Positions 51,749-64,000 of a DNA stretch of 64,000 nucleotides are shown in pieces; positions within the stretch are counted from its first letter, which is position 1, and each line of letters opens with the position of its first letter. Made by a program: the position numbers and the translations under genes. Below the pieces are notes generated by a model. That model saw only the letters and a list, made by a program, of their open reading frames with translations, did no database searches and was not told the origin of the DNA. Origin of the DNA: Lingula anatina (taxonomy: Eukaryota; Animalia; Brachiopoda); assembly GCA_051362555.1 (NCBI GenBank), contig CM120644.1, positions 1,000,954 to 1,064,953 of the forward strand, read 5' to 3'.

Positions 51749-54700
51749 CCGTACTCGGATTAAGAATGTGTACATTTACCCCGTGGACCATTTGAAGATT
51801 ACACTGCGATTAATGCGGTGGAAAATACAATAGAGAGAGTGTATAATGATAGGGTCGCTAAACGATTGTTGACGGCATATAGTAACTAGCCTAATCCCCT
51901 GGTCGCCTGGGTAGCCACGCCCCCTTAGAGTACTTATGTAAACAAACGGTCTCCCGTAGCGAACTATCCTTTTGTTCAACAGCTTCGCGCGTGCAGCTGA
52001 TTATGTATGTAGTGACACTATAGCTAACTGCATATAAATTTGTGCTAGCTGTTATTTGATGCATTCTGCTGTGTCAGATGTTGTGGATCAGCCCACTGGT
52101 TCGTTGACTTCTGTTTTTCTGAAAATTGGTGGTGCAGATTTTGAGTGCTTAATTATGTACCCTCCTTCTAACAAGAGAAAGGGGAAGGGAGATAAAAAGA
52201 GAGAGTGTCAAATGAAACGGGTAATGAGTAATACATTACATTAAATAAAGGGACTCGCGGTGGAAGAAACGATAGACTGTTTTGCATCAAGGTATGCCAT
52301 TATAATCCGACATGGCCCATAACATGATCCATGACATGACTCATTGTTGTATGCCTTATATTTGTGCCGACTCATATTTTACTCTCGTTCATTTCGTGAA
52401 ACTATTTCCTTAAAATAAAGTTTTGCCTGTATAAATTAACTTTGTGACATGAAGTAATTAATAAAACGCGCCTGTTGAAAAGGGGGCTTTTCGTAACTAA
52501 TAAAGGTTCACTATTCAGAAAAATATCGTCGCCGTTCGTCGCCGCTACCTTCAGGAAAGCGTACCCTCCGCGTGGATCACCGGCATTTTTGATTATCTGA
52601 CAAATTAGGGCAATTTACGTTTTAGCTAATAATTCTGAATTTACTAATATTTTGGACTAAATTCGATGTCAGATTCATAGCAATGACGGAGAGCCGACAG
52701 AGTAACTGTTTAATTTTCTAAACTAATCAAACTAGAACGCGTGGCGATAAAATGTGTCGCTAGATCTTGTAAACACTCAGCGAAATGCACCTAGTGACTA
52801 TATTCAATGTGCCGTCACTTAATTGCTTTCTCGATTTCTTTAATTGACGATAGTAATTGCAGATAACAAGGAAGAGGAAATGCTGAAGACAAAACAACGT
52901 CGGGGGTTTGTGTGACTTTCTCCCTAAACACTTTTTATGTTGCTGTCAAAGAAAAAGGAGTCTAGATAGCGATTATTTAAACCACTGCTGCTGCTTTTGC
53001 AGGTAGACTTCCTCGTTTATCATTTAAATGCTCCCCTCCCCCAGCAGACCCAACTTGATGCATGTACGTCTTGGTAGCTATAGTACAGATCTTGGTTCAA
53101 GTAATGAAATATTTAAGCACAAAACGATAATTTGAGGCTATTTTTTCATTCAAGACAAAATAAAGTATCTATGGTGTGTGACAATAGGGACTTTACAAAG
53201 CTTAATTTGTCCTTAAATATATATTCCAGTAGCATAGGCGAGCGACGTAATTGTAACCTCAACTTGAGGTATCCTCGATGAAAGCGGAGTACAAAAATTA
53301 ACTTTTTTAAATATCGATTACAACATGCTGTACAATGATATTGAGACTAAAGGGTTTAATGGACTTCTTTGCCTTAAAAGCAATTCATTTCAAAATTAAA
53401 AGAAACAGTTTTTTCGGGGAGCGCGGGTAGACAGTTTACGTCAGGTGATTCGTTAAAGTCGAGGAGTGTTTCACTATCAAATGTGTAAATCATATATGTC
53501 ATAAAACACTATAAGAAAGTTTTTTGTTACGATCTGCAACATTTGTTCATTTATATAGCAGGGCGAAGTTAAAGCCAGAGGTAAATAGAACCTAATACCG
53601 TAATCCTCCTCGTCCATTTATTTAAATCGTATCAAAACGTTTGATACACAATGTTCATTAAATTAATAATTTTAGCGATTTATTAAAACCATATTGGTAC
53701 ATAAAAGTTTAAGATTAGCATAAGTTAAGCAACAACCAGTATGAAGAACAACACCCTTTTTAAATGAGGCAAGACACCCTCTTTACACTGATTATAACCT
53801 TGAGAAAGACATTATGCAACTTAAGGTAAAGGAGTTATTTCATCTCGTGTGTGAATACAACACATTCTTTGTCACTTTTACAAGACAATGGAGGCGAGCA
53901 AGAAGAGTAATTACAATACACAATAAAAAGGACATTAGTATAGAAAGCTTACTTCGGGTCAGCCCTTTGCTTGTTCGAATGAAAGAGATAGATATCGCGC
54001 CGCGACTCCCTTTGTTAAACCTTCGTGTGTTTGTGTAAAAGTGTGAAAGACAGGCAACGGTCTTTAGTCGCTGTTGATATTGTTCGCGATTAAAATTGAA
54101 GTATAACTCCTTCGCCTGCATGTAAACGTGTTACTTTTCTTCATTCTCTATATTTCTTTTAGGTGGTTGAGACAACGGGATGAGATCGATAAAAGTAAAG
54201 GTTAATCTAAACAATTAGATGCGATTTTTGTGAAATGACTTATTAAGTGATGTGCATGTACCTAGCATGTTTAAATTCTTGAATTTCTAATTTGTTAAAT
54301 CTTTCATACGCGGCCTCATATATGTATTACTCTCAGGCCTTCGATATTATTGTGTTACACGGGACTCCTGGAAACATGAAGCACAGGTCTTGTTATCCTT
54401 TATGCAGTTTTATGGCTGGGATGAACACTGCGAAGTAGAAACAGGCTTTACTTAGCTTTACTTAATGTACGACAGTTTAAACAAAACCAGTCTGCAAGGC
54501 TTGCTTTAATTTGGCGTTAACCTTACACTGGTTTTAAAAGAACAAATATAAATATGTTCGATGGATTAAATGCCGGCTTTGTTATATTTTAACTAAATGC
54601 GTTCATTTGCACAGTTACACAGATAATATTTTTAAGTTGTCTGTCGTTCAGCACGCATTATAGGCGAGTAGCTAAATAGTGACGGTGATCAATCCAAGCT

Positions 54701-56115
54701 CAATCTTGGCAAGTATCGTTTACAAAATAGATCATGTTGAATAAACTTAATTACGCTTTAATAAATAATCAACACATGGTTCGGTAATTGTCACTTGAAA
54801 GCTTTCGATCAAAGACGTTCAATGAAATCACAAATCATTTGACGATTAAAAAATGGACATGTTCAAGGGGCAGTTTTTGTTTCAGATAAAGGGACTTCAG
54901 GTTCAGGTAGAGGGTTCAGTTACGTGTTTCATCGGATGATAGCATCACGCCCTTGGTCTAAGCGAGTTGAATAGAAGCTTTTTATCCAAACATCCTATTC
55001 CTAACTACTGAGTTAGGACAAAGGTCTAGTAACATGCACTGTGCAATTACTATTAATGGATCAGACGCATACTTGATTGTTTTTCCTCTGGTGTCGCACG
55101 TATGCATCCTTTCTTGAGTGATCTAAAACAAGTCGCTAGTGTACCATGTTGTAGCAAAATACGTTCGACATGGTGTTTCTGAACGGCAGCCGGAGACACA
55201 GTAATTGTATAGGCATGCTTTAAGCTTGTTTGAGAGACAATAACAGTCGGGTTTAACAATAGATAGCGACCATAGTAAGACCCCCTCCTATTTAACTGAT
55301 GATTTACACTTTTAATTGACCGTACTTTCGTATATTGTATGATCATACAGCCAGACTTCTCCCTGTTGCACGTTGTAGTTGGATTGTCATTGCGCCTATG
55401 TCAATGCACCTCATTTAATTTCAATATTATAATATAAGCATAATATAAGTAATATGTTATTTCCTTATTCCTCTTTCATTATCATTCATGTTTTATAAAT
55501 ACTTGAACGCTTGAATGCAGATATTTCAAATTAAAACGTAAGTACATAAATAAATTATACATTTATAAATTAATGCAATAGGAATTTTTTGAGACAGATT
55601 GATGCTGACGCTCATGCATTTCAACCAAATAAACAATAATTAGTTCAATTTTTGACTGCGGAAATTTCATATAGGATGAAATAACTGATAACAAATTTAA
55701 CTAGCAGTTTGTTAGCAACACTAAAAACCAGCTGCGCGTGCCAAACTAGTGAACAAAAGGACAGTTCGCTTCGCGTGGCACGCCTTAGCATGGGTTTAGC
55801 CTCTTCAAGCTATAATCCTATCGCCGCAACAAACAATAGGGACCTTCTGGCTGATGTATCCTGCTGTTAATTACACCTAGTTGCAGCGGATTGTCACGCT
55901 CGCGCTGGGCCACAGAAACCGGCGTCATGGGGTTCACTCGTATTAAGTATTGTGTTATTCCACCTAAGCTATTGTGTTTGTGCGTTCGAATTTTGAAGGG
56001 ATTTATACGGCCCTCCATTGTTTGTCCGCCCCCTTCTATTCACAAGATAGGGATTAAAACATTTCGAACGTGGTTACACCGGTGTACAACGGAAACAAAA
56101 TTATTCCGATCACTG
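51749..56115 (-). mobile_element. Copy D: complete, uninterrupted 4367-bp TA-flanked element (reference copy), lying between NHL genes 1 and 2
   Basis: TA at 51747-51748 and 56116-56117. Termini TACCGTACTCGGATTAAGAATGT and TACAGTGATCGGAATAATTTTGT (reverse complement) match at 16/23. No long ORF. Confidence 0.88.
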
Positions 56116-57651
56116 TATCTGATAAAGAGGAAGAATGAACAGCTTAAAAACAAAAGGTAAATCACACAACCCTCGTTAAAAAGTTATAGATTTACAAATA
56201 CAGTAATTATTTGTATGCACGCGTGGCTTAAATGTAAACTAATTCCCGTTTTCAAACCGTACCCATATGATATGACTTAGTGTAATAAAATTATAAAGAA
56301 CAATTGTTAAACGTGATAAGTTTATGTTAATTTTTAAGAGTGAAAGAGATTTTAAATTTGTCAACTGGTAGGTACATGTATATAACGCAAGTAAAGTCAC
56401 TGTTCTCTTGATGCCAAGAAGGTCACATGATCACTGTCTTCGGCTTTCAGCATTTAAGAGACCTCGACTGATTTAACCAAGATGTAGTCGTGAAATTCTA
56501 GACTACATCGAGGTTAAATCCGAATTTTCCGAGAGTCGCTACGCACAAATCTCGAGTGAAGCGAGATATTTTTGGGTAGCGGCTCGAGGTTGCCCTCGAT
56601 CTTCACTGAAGCTTGACTAAATGGAAGCTTGACTAAATGGACAGGCTTCAATGATCAGCATATCGCCACTGTCATATAACATCCCTAGGTATGTATTGTG
56701 CAGAATATTCGGGGCTACGTGACACCTGTCACGTCCATGCCCATGTTCCAGTACCTCCCCTTATTAAAAGGAAGGCACTTTGAATCAACTTGATATCCCT
56801 ATAAGTCAGCTGACGATGACTTGACAAAAAATGCTGTCTTATCGATTACTTACAACCCTCTTGCTTCGTTCTTAAAGTGATTTTGGCCAGTGGGCGTACT
56901 ATTTCAGTTAATTTGGGTTCCTTAACATTGGCTTCTGGTAGCAATGGCAAACGTCTGGTGAGCGTCGTGATGCACGAGGGGCAACTTCCCTTGATTAACA
57001 GAACAATGCATCGCCATTTATCTGATGTCCGCTCTTGCCTGTACATTGGATTTTAATAATGTTTTCTGGGGAATATGCTCCGTTCAGGCCATTCCAATGA
57101 TCTGACACATGTTTCATTACGTGCCGTATGTTAAATATCACTGTTTTTTAACAATAATTAGATTAATTTACTTACCCCCTACAAGGGCTGCAGATTAATT
57201 GTGAGTCCCTTTCTCTAAAGCGACAATTATCAAGATATATATTTGTTAATATCTAGTGAAAACATTAATCTGTAGTCATAATAGAGGGTACTGTTTGACC
57301 CAGTTGTACACAACTTCTGTCATGTAAGATATTTCATTTTCACTATAAAAATTTTGTCAAGCCTTGGGCAACAGGCGAACACAAATGAGAATACTGGTGT
57401 TATGAACGATACATGCACATTGTGTTGTGCAAAGGTTAATATTGACGATGAAGACTACAACTCTGACTCAGTAAGCAGTCGGCATTGCTGTATACTTCCT
57501 ATTAAGGATTCCTCATTGCGGACATATTTTATGATGCAGTTTAATCCATACTTTTGTATCAGTGGGCTATTTTCTCTTCAAATATTCACTCGCACTTGGA
57601 CATGTACCGAAAGATATATAGTTAGTAGTTACTGAAAAAAATGATACAGAA

Positions 57652-57682
<31 letters not shown>

Positions 57683-57900
57683 ACAAACAGTATCACTTCC
57701 TTCTAGGCAAATACATTTTATTCGTATTTTGTTAGCTCCATATAAACATAAAAAGATCCACGAAATAAATTACTACCTAGATGTTTTATTAATAGTATAT
57801 ATGTCTACCTACTTATTTGTTTTTCTTGTGTACCTTTGTTCATCTGAAGGGACAAGACGTATATGTTCTGCATGTTTCCGTTATATATTTCAGAGTCATC

Positions 57901-58201
57901 ATGAATGAAGATCAAAAGAAGAGGATCAGACAGCAGTATGTCTACCTGGTCAACAACCTGACAGACCCGAGGAGTACAGGGCTTGTTGAACATCTGTACC
58001 AAGATGGCGTCATTGAGGAGAGAGATCGCCAGATTGTGGAGAGTAAACCAGCGACAAAAGACGCCATAAAACATCTGCTTGATGTCGTGATGAACTATTC
58101 ACATCAGGGCGCATTTGATTGTTTCCTCAAACTTTTAGAAGAATATGGACAAGACTTTTTGTCCAATGTTTTAAGACAAAGTGCCAGCTATGATGGAACA
58201 G
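57901..58201 (+). CDS. CARD-Bbox-NHL gene 2, coding exon 1: CARD domain
   Basis: Paralog of 42943-43243 with the same upstream acceptor, the same 301-nt length and a phase-1 donor. Confidence 0.85.
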
Positions 58202-58522
58202 GTATATAACCTAGCCAATGCCAATTGTACCCTGTATTTCAATCATAAGTTGAGCGGCAATTTGGAAAATTAATCATATTGAACATTGCCATTGCAAACT
58301 TCAGTGTTCGAGTAGTAACAATGAATCAGAGCACAGGATTTTGGATCGAACATATTTTGAACTATTGAGCGGTGCTCGCAAAATGATGTTATATTAGGAA
58401 TAATAATATCACACAAAACTTCCATTTCTGTAAGACAGATCTGTGAAAAAATGTTAAATATCTTTTCCAGTACAAAAGTCTATTTTATCAAAATTGGAAA
58501 CACGTATTTATTCACATTCTAG

Positions 58523-60069
58523 GTTTATGTGACGTGTGTCCAGAAGACAATAAATCCCCTGCTACCTCCCTGTGTTTGGACTGTAACCAACTCATGTGTT
58601 CTACGTGTGCCGGCTGTCATAGAAGGGCAAAAGTATCGAAGGGTCACAGACTGAAAGAATTAACAGCAGCCCTCACAGACAAATGTCAGGTACACCCATC
58701 CCTTTATCTTAAATCCTACTGTCCCCAATGTGACGTCCTTGTCTGTGAGCGATGTATGGTGGACACACACAAAGGACACACAGACGCTTGGAGAGACGCA
58801 ATAACAGCGGCAGAGGACTTGAAATGTAAACTGAACGGGATTATCGATGAAATCAAAGATATAACTCTCAAGAAACCTTCGATAGAAAAAGAAGAACAGA
58901 AACGACTAGCCGACTTGGACGAGCAAAGGCTGCTAGCTAAACAAGCTATTGAGGCACGAGAAGACGAACTTTACAAGCTGGTGAAAGCAGGTGCTGAAAA
59001 AGCCAAAGAGGATGTAGACGAAGCGTATTTGGATATAAAACTTCAGCTGCAAATAACCAATAAAATAGCATCCCTCGAAAAACAACTCAAAGCATATGAA
59101 AATCTGGTGAAAGACGCTTCAGCTTCAAGTGTATTTAAAAATCACGCGGAATGGGAGACTTCACTAAAGGAAATGTTGGAGACGCATTTCCCCTCCTCTC
59201 CTGTGCCCGCGTTAAGATTTCAGACCATCACTTTGACAGAAACAGCCATACAGCAGGCAATGGGTGCGGTGGTTATAGGAGAGATCACGCCGACACTGAT
59301 CACACAACACCAATTGCAGTGTTCTAAGGATCCACAAGAGTGGCCGATTGCTGTGGACAGTATGCCTGGTGGTGACGTCGTGGTTGGGACGTGGTGTAAT
59401 GCTGATAGAAGCAAGCAACGCATCATCATCTGTTCCTCCTCAGGGGACATCAAGAAGGAGATCAAGGTTACGGGGCTGAGAGGACTGACAGTACTACGTG
59501 ACGTTACAATAGCAGCTACTGTATATGACGGCAGTACACAGGAAGTGAGGATATACACTAAAGACGGTGTATTGAAATCATCGTTCAAGTACAGCACACC
59601 CAGTCGTATTACAGTGAACCACGAAGGTCAGCTGGTCGTGATGGATGATAAAGTAAGAGTATATCATACTGACGGTACACAGGTCAGGGCGTTCACTGAC
59701 ACTGCTTCGAAACCAGCACAATATTCCAAGTACATAACAACCACACCCAGTGGTGACGTCATAGTATCAGATCCCAATGACTGCTGTATACGTGTCTACA
59801 CACCTGAGGGTCAGCTACGGTACACGTACGATGGGAAGGACGTCATGAGGAGATCTCATGGTGTTTGTGTGGATGAATATGGAATCATATTTATCTGCGA
59901 CATCCTTGCTGACAGCATCCACCAGGTGTCTCCTGCTGGCCAGTTCATGCGATATGTGCTGACAGCCAAGGATGGACTGAGGGCACCACACGACGTGTGT
60001 ATCAACCAGGAAGGGCACCTCGTGGTAGTTCAAGAGGACGGATGGATCAAGACATACAAGTATAAATAA
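58523..60069 (+). CDS. CARD-Bbox-NHL gene 2, coding exon 2: B-boxes, coiled coil, NHL repeats (spliced product 615 aa)
   Basis: Acceptor ttctag at 58517-58522. Open frame colinear with gene 1 apart from a 6-aa indel (IWGKAD). Confidence 0.92.
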
Positions 60070-61391
60070 CGACATATGGTGTTATTTACTCCTCGTCCTT
60101 GATCAAATGACACATCGGCTTCAATATGAAAGACGATAATGTTTACAAATTTAATCTGTATACTAATATAATCATACCTGTACATGGATATCACATATTG
60201 AGCACAATTATCAGATGTGTATATTTTTTGTAAATATAAAACTGTGAGACCAAGGAGAATTTGAGACTCATCATACAACAACAATATATATATCGATGCT
60301 TAACCAAATAAGGCATAACGATCGAACCTTCATGAAACGGGTCAAAGAGCCGTAAACCCGTGTCTGACCAATGGACAGTCTTTTTAGAAACGGCTTCGTT
60401 ACAGATGCAAATAAATGACCCAATGACTGACGGTTTCTTTAGAGACGGGTTACATTTTAACAGTTGTAAATACATTAAAGCATGAGAGAACTTTAGTATA
60501 ATAGTATATATGCAGTGTAAGACGATATGGGTATACGGGGGTGTAGAGACATTTTAAGATTAACCCATCCTTTTTAATGGCTTGATTCGGCAGAGGCACC
60601 TGGCCTGAATGTATATGTACATATAAACTAATTAATTTTTACCTATTATTTTCTTTTACATGATTGAATCTACCTACAATTATAACAATATACGTGCATG
60701 TATTAGAAGAGCTTGACATCAGGACGATAATGTGAATTTACATAACTTTAATTTTACTCAAGAGTTTCCCTATAGCTAGAAACTGTATTTTTGCCTCATT
60801 TCACTCAGATATAAGTTTGATTCTAAGAATATTCAAACGGTATGCGAGACAAAGCCAAGTCTAAAAATCAAGCAGAATCATAAAAAATATCACCCTTAAC
60901 GCAAAAGATTTTGGATGTTTTTGAATAGGTGTCCTTTAGGAACCCTGAATTTTGTGCACTTTTAATCTTTAAAGTTTATAATCAACCACGTTCACATCTT
61001 ATTAAATCCTCTCTCGTCTGAAGCATTGACGTGGATGTCGATACGAAATTATTGCATACAGGTTAATAATTAAAGTTTTGCTTATTTAGGAATTCATACT
61101 TTTATTTAGGAATTCATACTTTTTGAACTAATGATCAGCATCATCCAGGCTGTGATTTTTTAATGTCATCTATCGTCACCACGTTCTTGTCAGCGGAGTG
61201 GCTATCATAATGGAGCTCTCAGATTAAATTTTGAAATGACTAAGTTTGTTTTTGTCTATTAAATTAAAAAGACGCCATCAAATGTCACCAAATTCACAAA
61301 CAATTAGCATTAGTGTGTGCTCCTTAAAGGTCACGTGCCTAACAGCGTGTGCGGCTACCGCGTACTGCAATTATCTCCCGGAGACGGCGCG

Positions 61392-62106
61392 ACTGCCCTT
61401 ACCTTTCATATCCAGTGAAGTGTCACTTCCTAATAACCGGTCACAAGCAGTACAGAGGGCATTGTGGCAAAAGAGGAAGATGATGAAAAGCGAAACTTAC
61501 CGTGAAGATTATGTAGCATTTGTTACAAATATTTTGGAGCATGGTTATGCAGAGCGTGTTCCTCTTTATGATGTTTCAGCACAGGGCCAAGTATGGTACC
61601 TACCTCATCACGGTATATACAACCCAAACAAACCGGGGAAAATTAGAGTGGTGTTTGATGCGAGTGCCAAGTTTCAAGGGACAAGCTTGAATGATCACCT
61701 ATTACAAGGACCGGATCTGGCCAACAACTTGGTGGGAGTTCTTTGTAGGTTCCGTCAGCATCAAACCGCATTCACTGCCGATATAGAATCCATGTTTTAT
61801 CAGGTCTGTGTTCCAGAAGAACAGAGAAGTTTTATGAGATTCATGCGGTGGGAAAACGGTGACTTGCAAGAATATCAGATGAGCGTTCATCTTTTTGGTG
61901 CCGTTTCCTCTCCTAGTGTTGCCAATTTTGTTCTGAAGAAAATTGGGGCTCAAGCAGAAAATTCTGAAGTAAGTAAAACTCTTCTCAGAAATGACTATGT
62001 AGACGACTGTATTAAATCTGTGAAATCTACCTTTGACGCCATCCGACTGGTAGATAATCTTCAGAAAACCTGTGCAAGCGGAGGATTCCATCTTACCAAG
62101 TTCTCA
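61392..62106 (+). mobile_element. BEL/Pao LTR-retrotransposon RT fragment
   Basis: LPNN...A..R, WYLPHHGIY, KPGKIRVVFDASA, SLNDHLLQGPDL, DIESMFYQV, HLFGAVSSP, YVDD, GFHLTKF: the typical Pao RT motif series. Confidence 0.9.
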
Positions 62107-62767
62107 ACATATCATCATCTATTCCTCCATAGGGGACATCAAGAAGGAGATCAAGGTTACGGGACTAAATGGACTGACAGTACTACGTGACGGTACAATA
62201 GCAGCTACTGTATGGGACGGCAGTACACCGGAAGTGAGGATATACAGTAAAGACGGTGGTGTGAAATCATCGTTCTAGTGCAGCACAATTGGTCGTTTTG
62301 CAGTGAACCACGAAGGTACCTGGAATGTACCTGGAAGGTACCTGGAATGAGGTTATGGTATATCGTACTGACGGTGCCCAGATCGGATCATTCATAGACA
62401 CCTCATCGAAACCAGTACAATATACCAAGTACATATCAACCACACGCAGTGGTGACGTCATAGTATCAGATCTCAATGACTGCTGTATACGTGTCTACAC
62501 ACCTGAGGGTCAGCTACGGTACACGTACGTTGGGGAAGGCGTCATAATGGTTTCACAGGGTGTCTGTGTGGATGAAAATGGAGCCATATTTATCTCCGCC
62601 TTCCTTGCTGACAACATCCACCAGGTGTCTCTGCTGGCCAGTTCATGCGATATGTGCTGACAGAAAAGGATGGACTGTGGAGATCCAGGGCTGTGTGTAC
62701 TAAGCAGGAAGGGCACCTCGTGGTAGCTCAGGAGGACGGGTGGATCATGACATACAAGTATAAATAA
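62107..62767 (+). pseudogene. Third NHL paralog, 5'-truncated pseudogene
   Basis: Aligns to the NHL region of genes 1 and 2. In-frame TAG at 62276-62278, short GTACCTGGAA repeats near 62316-62350, a 1-bp deletion near 62630, the same TYKYK* end and a homologous 3' flank. Confidence 0.88.
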
Positions 62768-63068
62768 CGATATATGGTGTTATTTACCCCTGGTCTGTGA
62801 TCAAAAATGACCAAAGAGAACTTGGGCCTCATCAGACGACAACAATAAATATTGATGACAAACTAAATAAGGCATAACAATATGGGCAAAACGATCAATC
62901 CTTCATTAAACGGATCAGAGAGCCGAAAACCCGTGACTGACCAATAGACGGTCTTTTTAGAAACATTTATTAAAGCTCTATGGTGTTATTAACCAACTCC
63001 TTGCCTGTGATAAAAAATGGCACAGCGGCTTAATTATGAAAGACAAGCTCATAGTAAAGATAGCATAT

Positions 63069-63330
63069 ACCCTCAGCAAAATGAAAAATTTGCAGCAAAT
63101 TTGCTGCGAACCAAACAGTCTGCAAAAAACTTAGCAGGTTGTAGTAAAAAAAAAAAAGAACAGTTGTTGCAAATTTGCTGCCAATTTGCAGGAAACTCAT
63201 TAATAACATAGAGGTTTGCAAAAACTATGCAAGAAGCTCTCCATTTTACACAAATTTTAATTTTAAATTTTAATCAATTTGCCAGAAAGACCAAGCTTGC
63301 TTGCTGTTTTGCAGCAAATTTGTAACAAAC
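63069..63330. repeat. Relic with repeated TTGCAGCAAATTTG palindromic motifs (probable DNA-transposon subterminal array)
   Basis: GCAGCAAATTTGCTGC and variants recur. Confidence 0.45.
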
Positions 63331-63608
63331 TATTTTTCACCTTAAAATTTGCTTTATGTTTGGAAGAAAGTCCATGCCTTTTTACCAATTAACAATTGAT
63401 TAGATCATGTTTGCACTAAATTTAGGAAGTTCCTTTATCTTTGTGTAAGTATATTTGATTTCTTGAGAGTTTGGGGGAGATTTAAATTTATATGGATAAA
63501 GAAGAATTCATTTTAGAGACGTACTTTGTGAATTTCAGTACCCTCATCTTTATAATGCACGTTAAGACTACTACAGTACTAATGATACCGTATGTAGTTT
63601 AGCTTTAA

Positions 63609-64000
63609 AGGACACAGTCCAAGAAGGTGGGTACCCCTCAATAAATGACACAGCTTTTTGATCTGCCGTTTACATTTCGACTAATTCAAAATGATGTTTC
63701 TCATTTAACTTTGTTCATAAATTACATAACCAGAGTTATAGTATAGAAATTACTTGCACAAATTAACTATTTCACTTTTTTTAATGCCACATATGAGTCT
63801 GACAATCACACGGATCAAAAATACTTTCTTGCGTGGATGTACATGTACAGGGTATATCACTTTCGGCAGCGAGTTTCCTAATATTGGATTTTTTGCATCT
63901 ATTGGTAGTTTGCATATAGTTTACAAAGTTTGCAACAAACTTAAAAGTTCACTTACAGTTTACAAGAAGCTTATATTGAGATAGGTTTTACCTCCAATGT
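63609..64000. mobile_element. Possible Kolobok-like element running off the window end
   Basis: TTAA followed by AGGACACAGTCC. The other end is not visible. Confidence 0.3.

Noticed and set aside
61246-62660. RT-NHL fusion protein or a DGR-like diversifier next to the variable NHL genes
   Set aside because: The RT is an ordinary truncated BEL/Pao fragment, out of frame with the NHL. Differences between paralogs are not adenine-specific, so there is no template/variable repeat pair.

Overview
AT-rich eukaryotic genomic DNA with spliced genes, LINEs, a tRNA-SINE and LTR elements; this is inferred to be a metazoan, probably a marine invertebrate. Bases 1-38.9 kb are a deeply nested transposon pile. 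It is built around six whole or partial copies (one lies further on, at 51.7-56.1 kb) of a ~4.4-kb TA-flanked non-autonomous DNA element with degenerate terminal inverted repeats. The pile also holds a decayed Ty3/Gypsy pol, three LINE fragments, Harbinger-like and Kolobok-like MITEs, a P-superfamily-like element and two Tc1 transposase relics. Bases 42.9-63 kb carry the only convincing host genes: a tandem array of RING-less CARD/B-box/B-box/coiled-coil/NHL genes (two intact two-exon genes, one NHL pseudogene behind a BEL/Pao fragment, and flank remnants of a possible fourth unit). Their differences concentrate in the NHL propeller loops, which suggests a diversifying innate-immune receptor family. 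All alignments and counts were done by eye; no database search was run.
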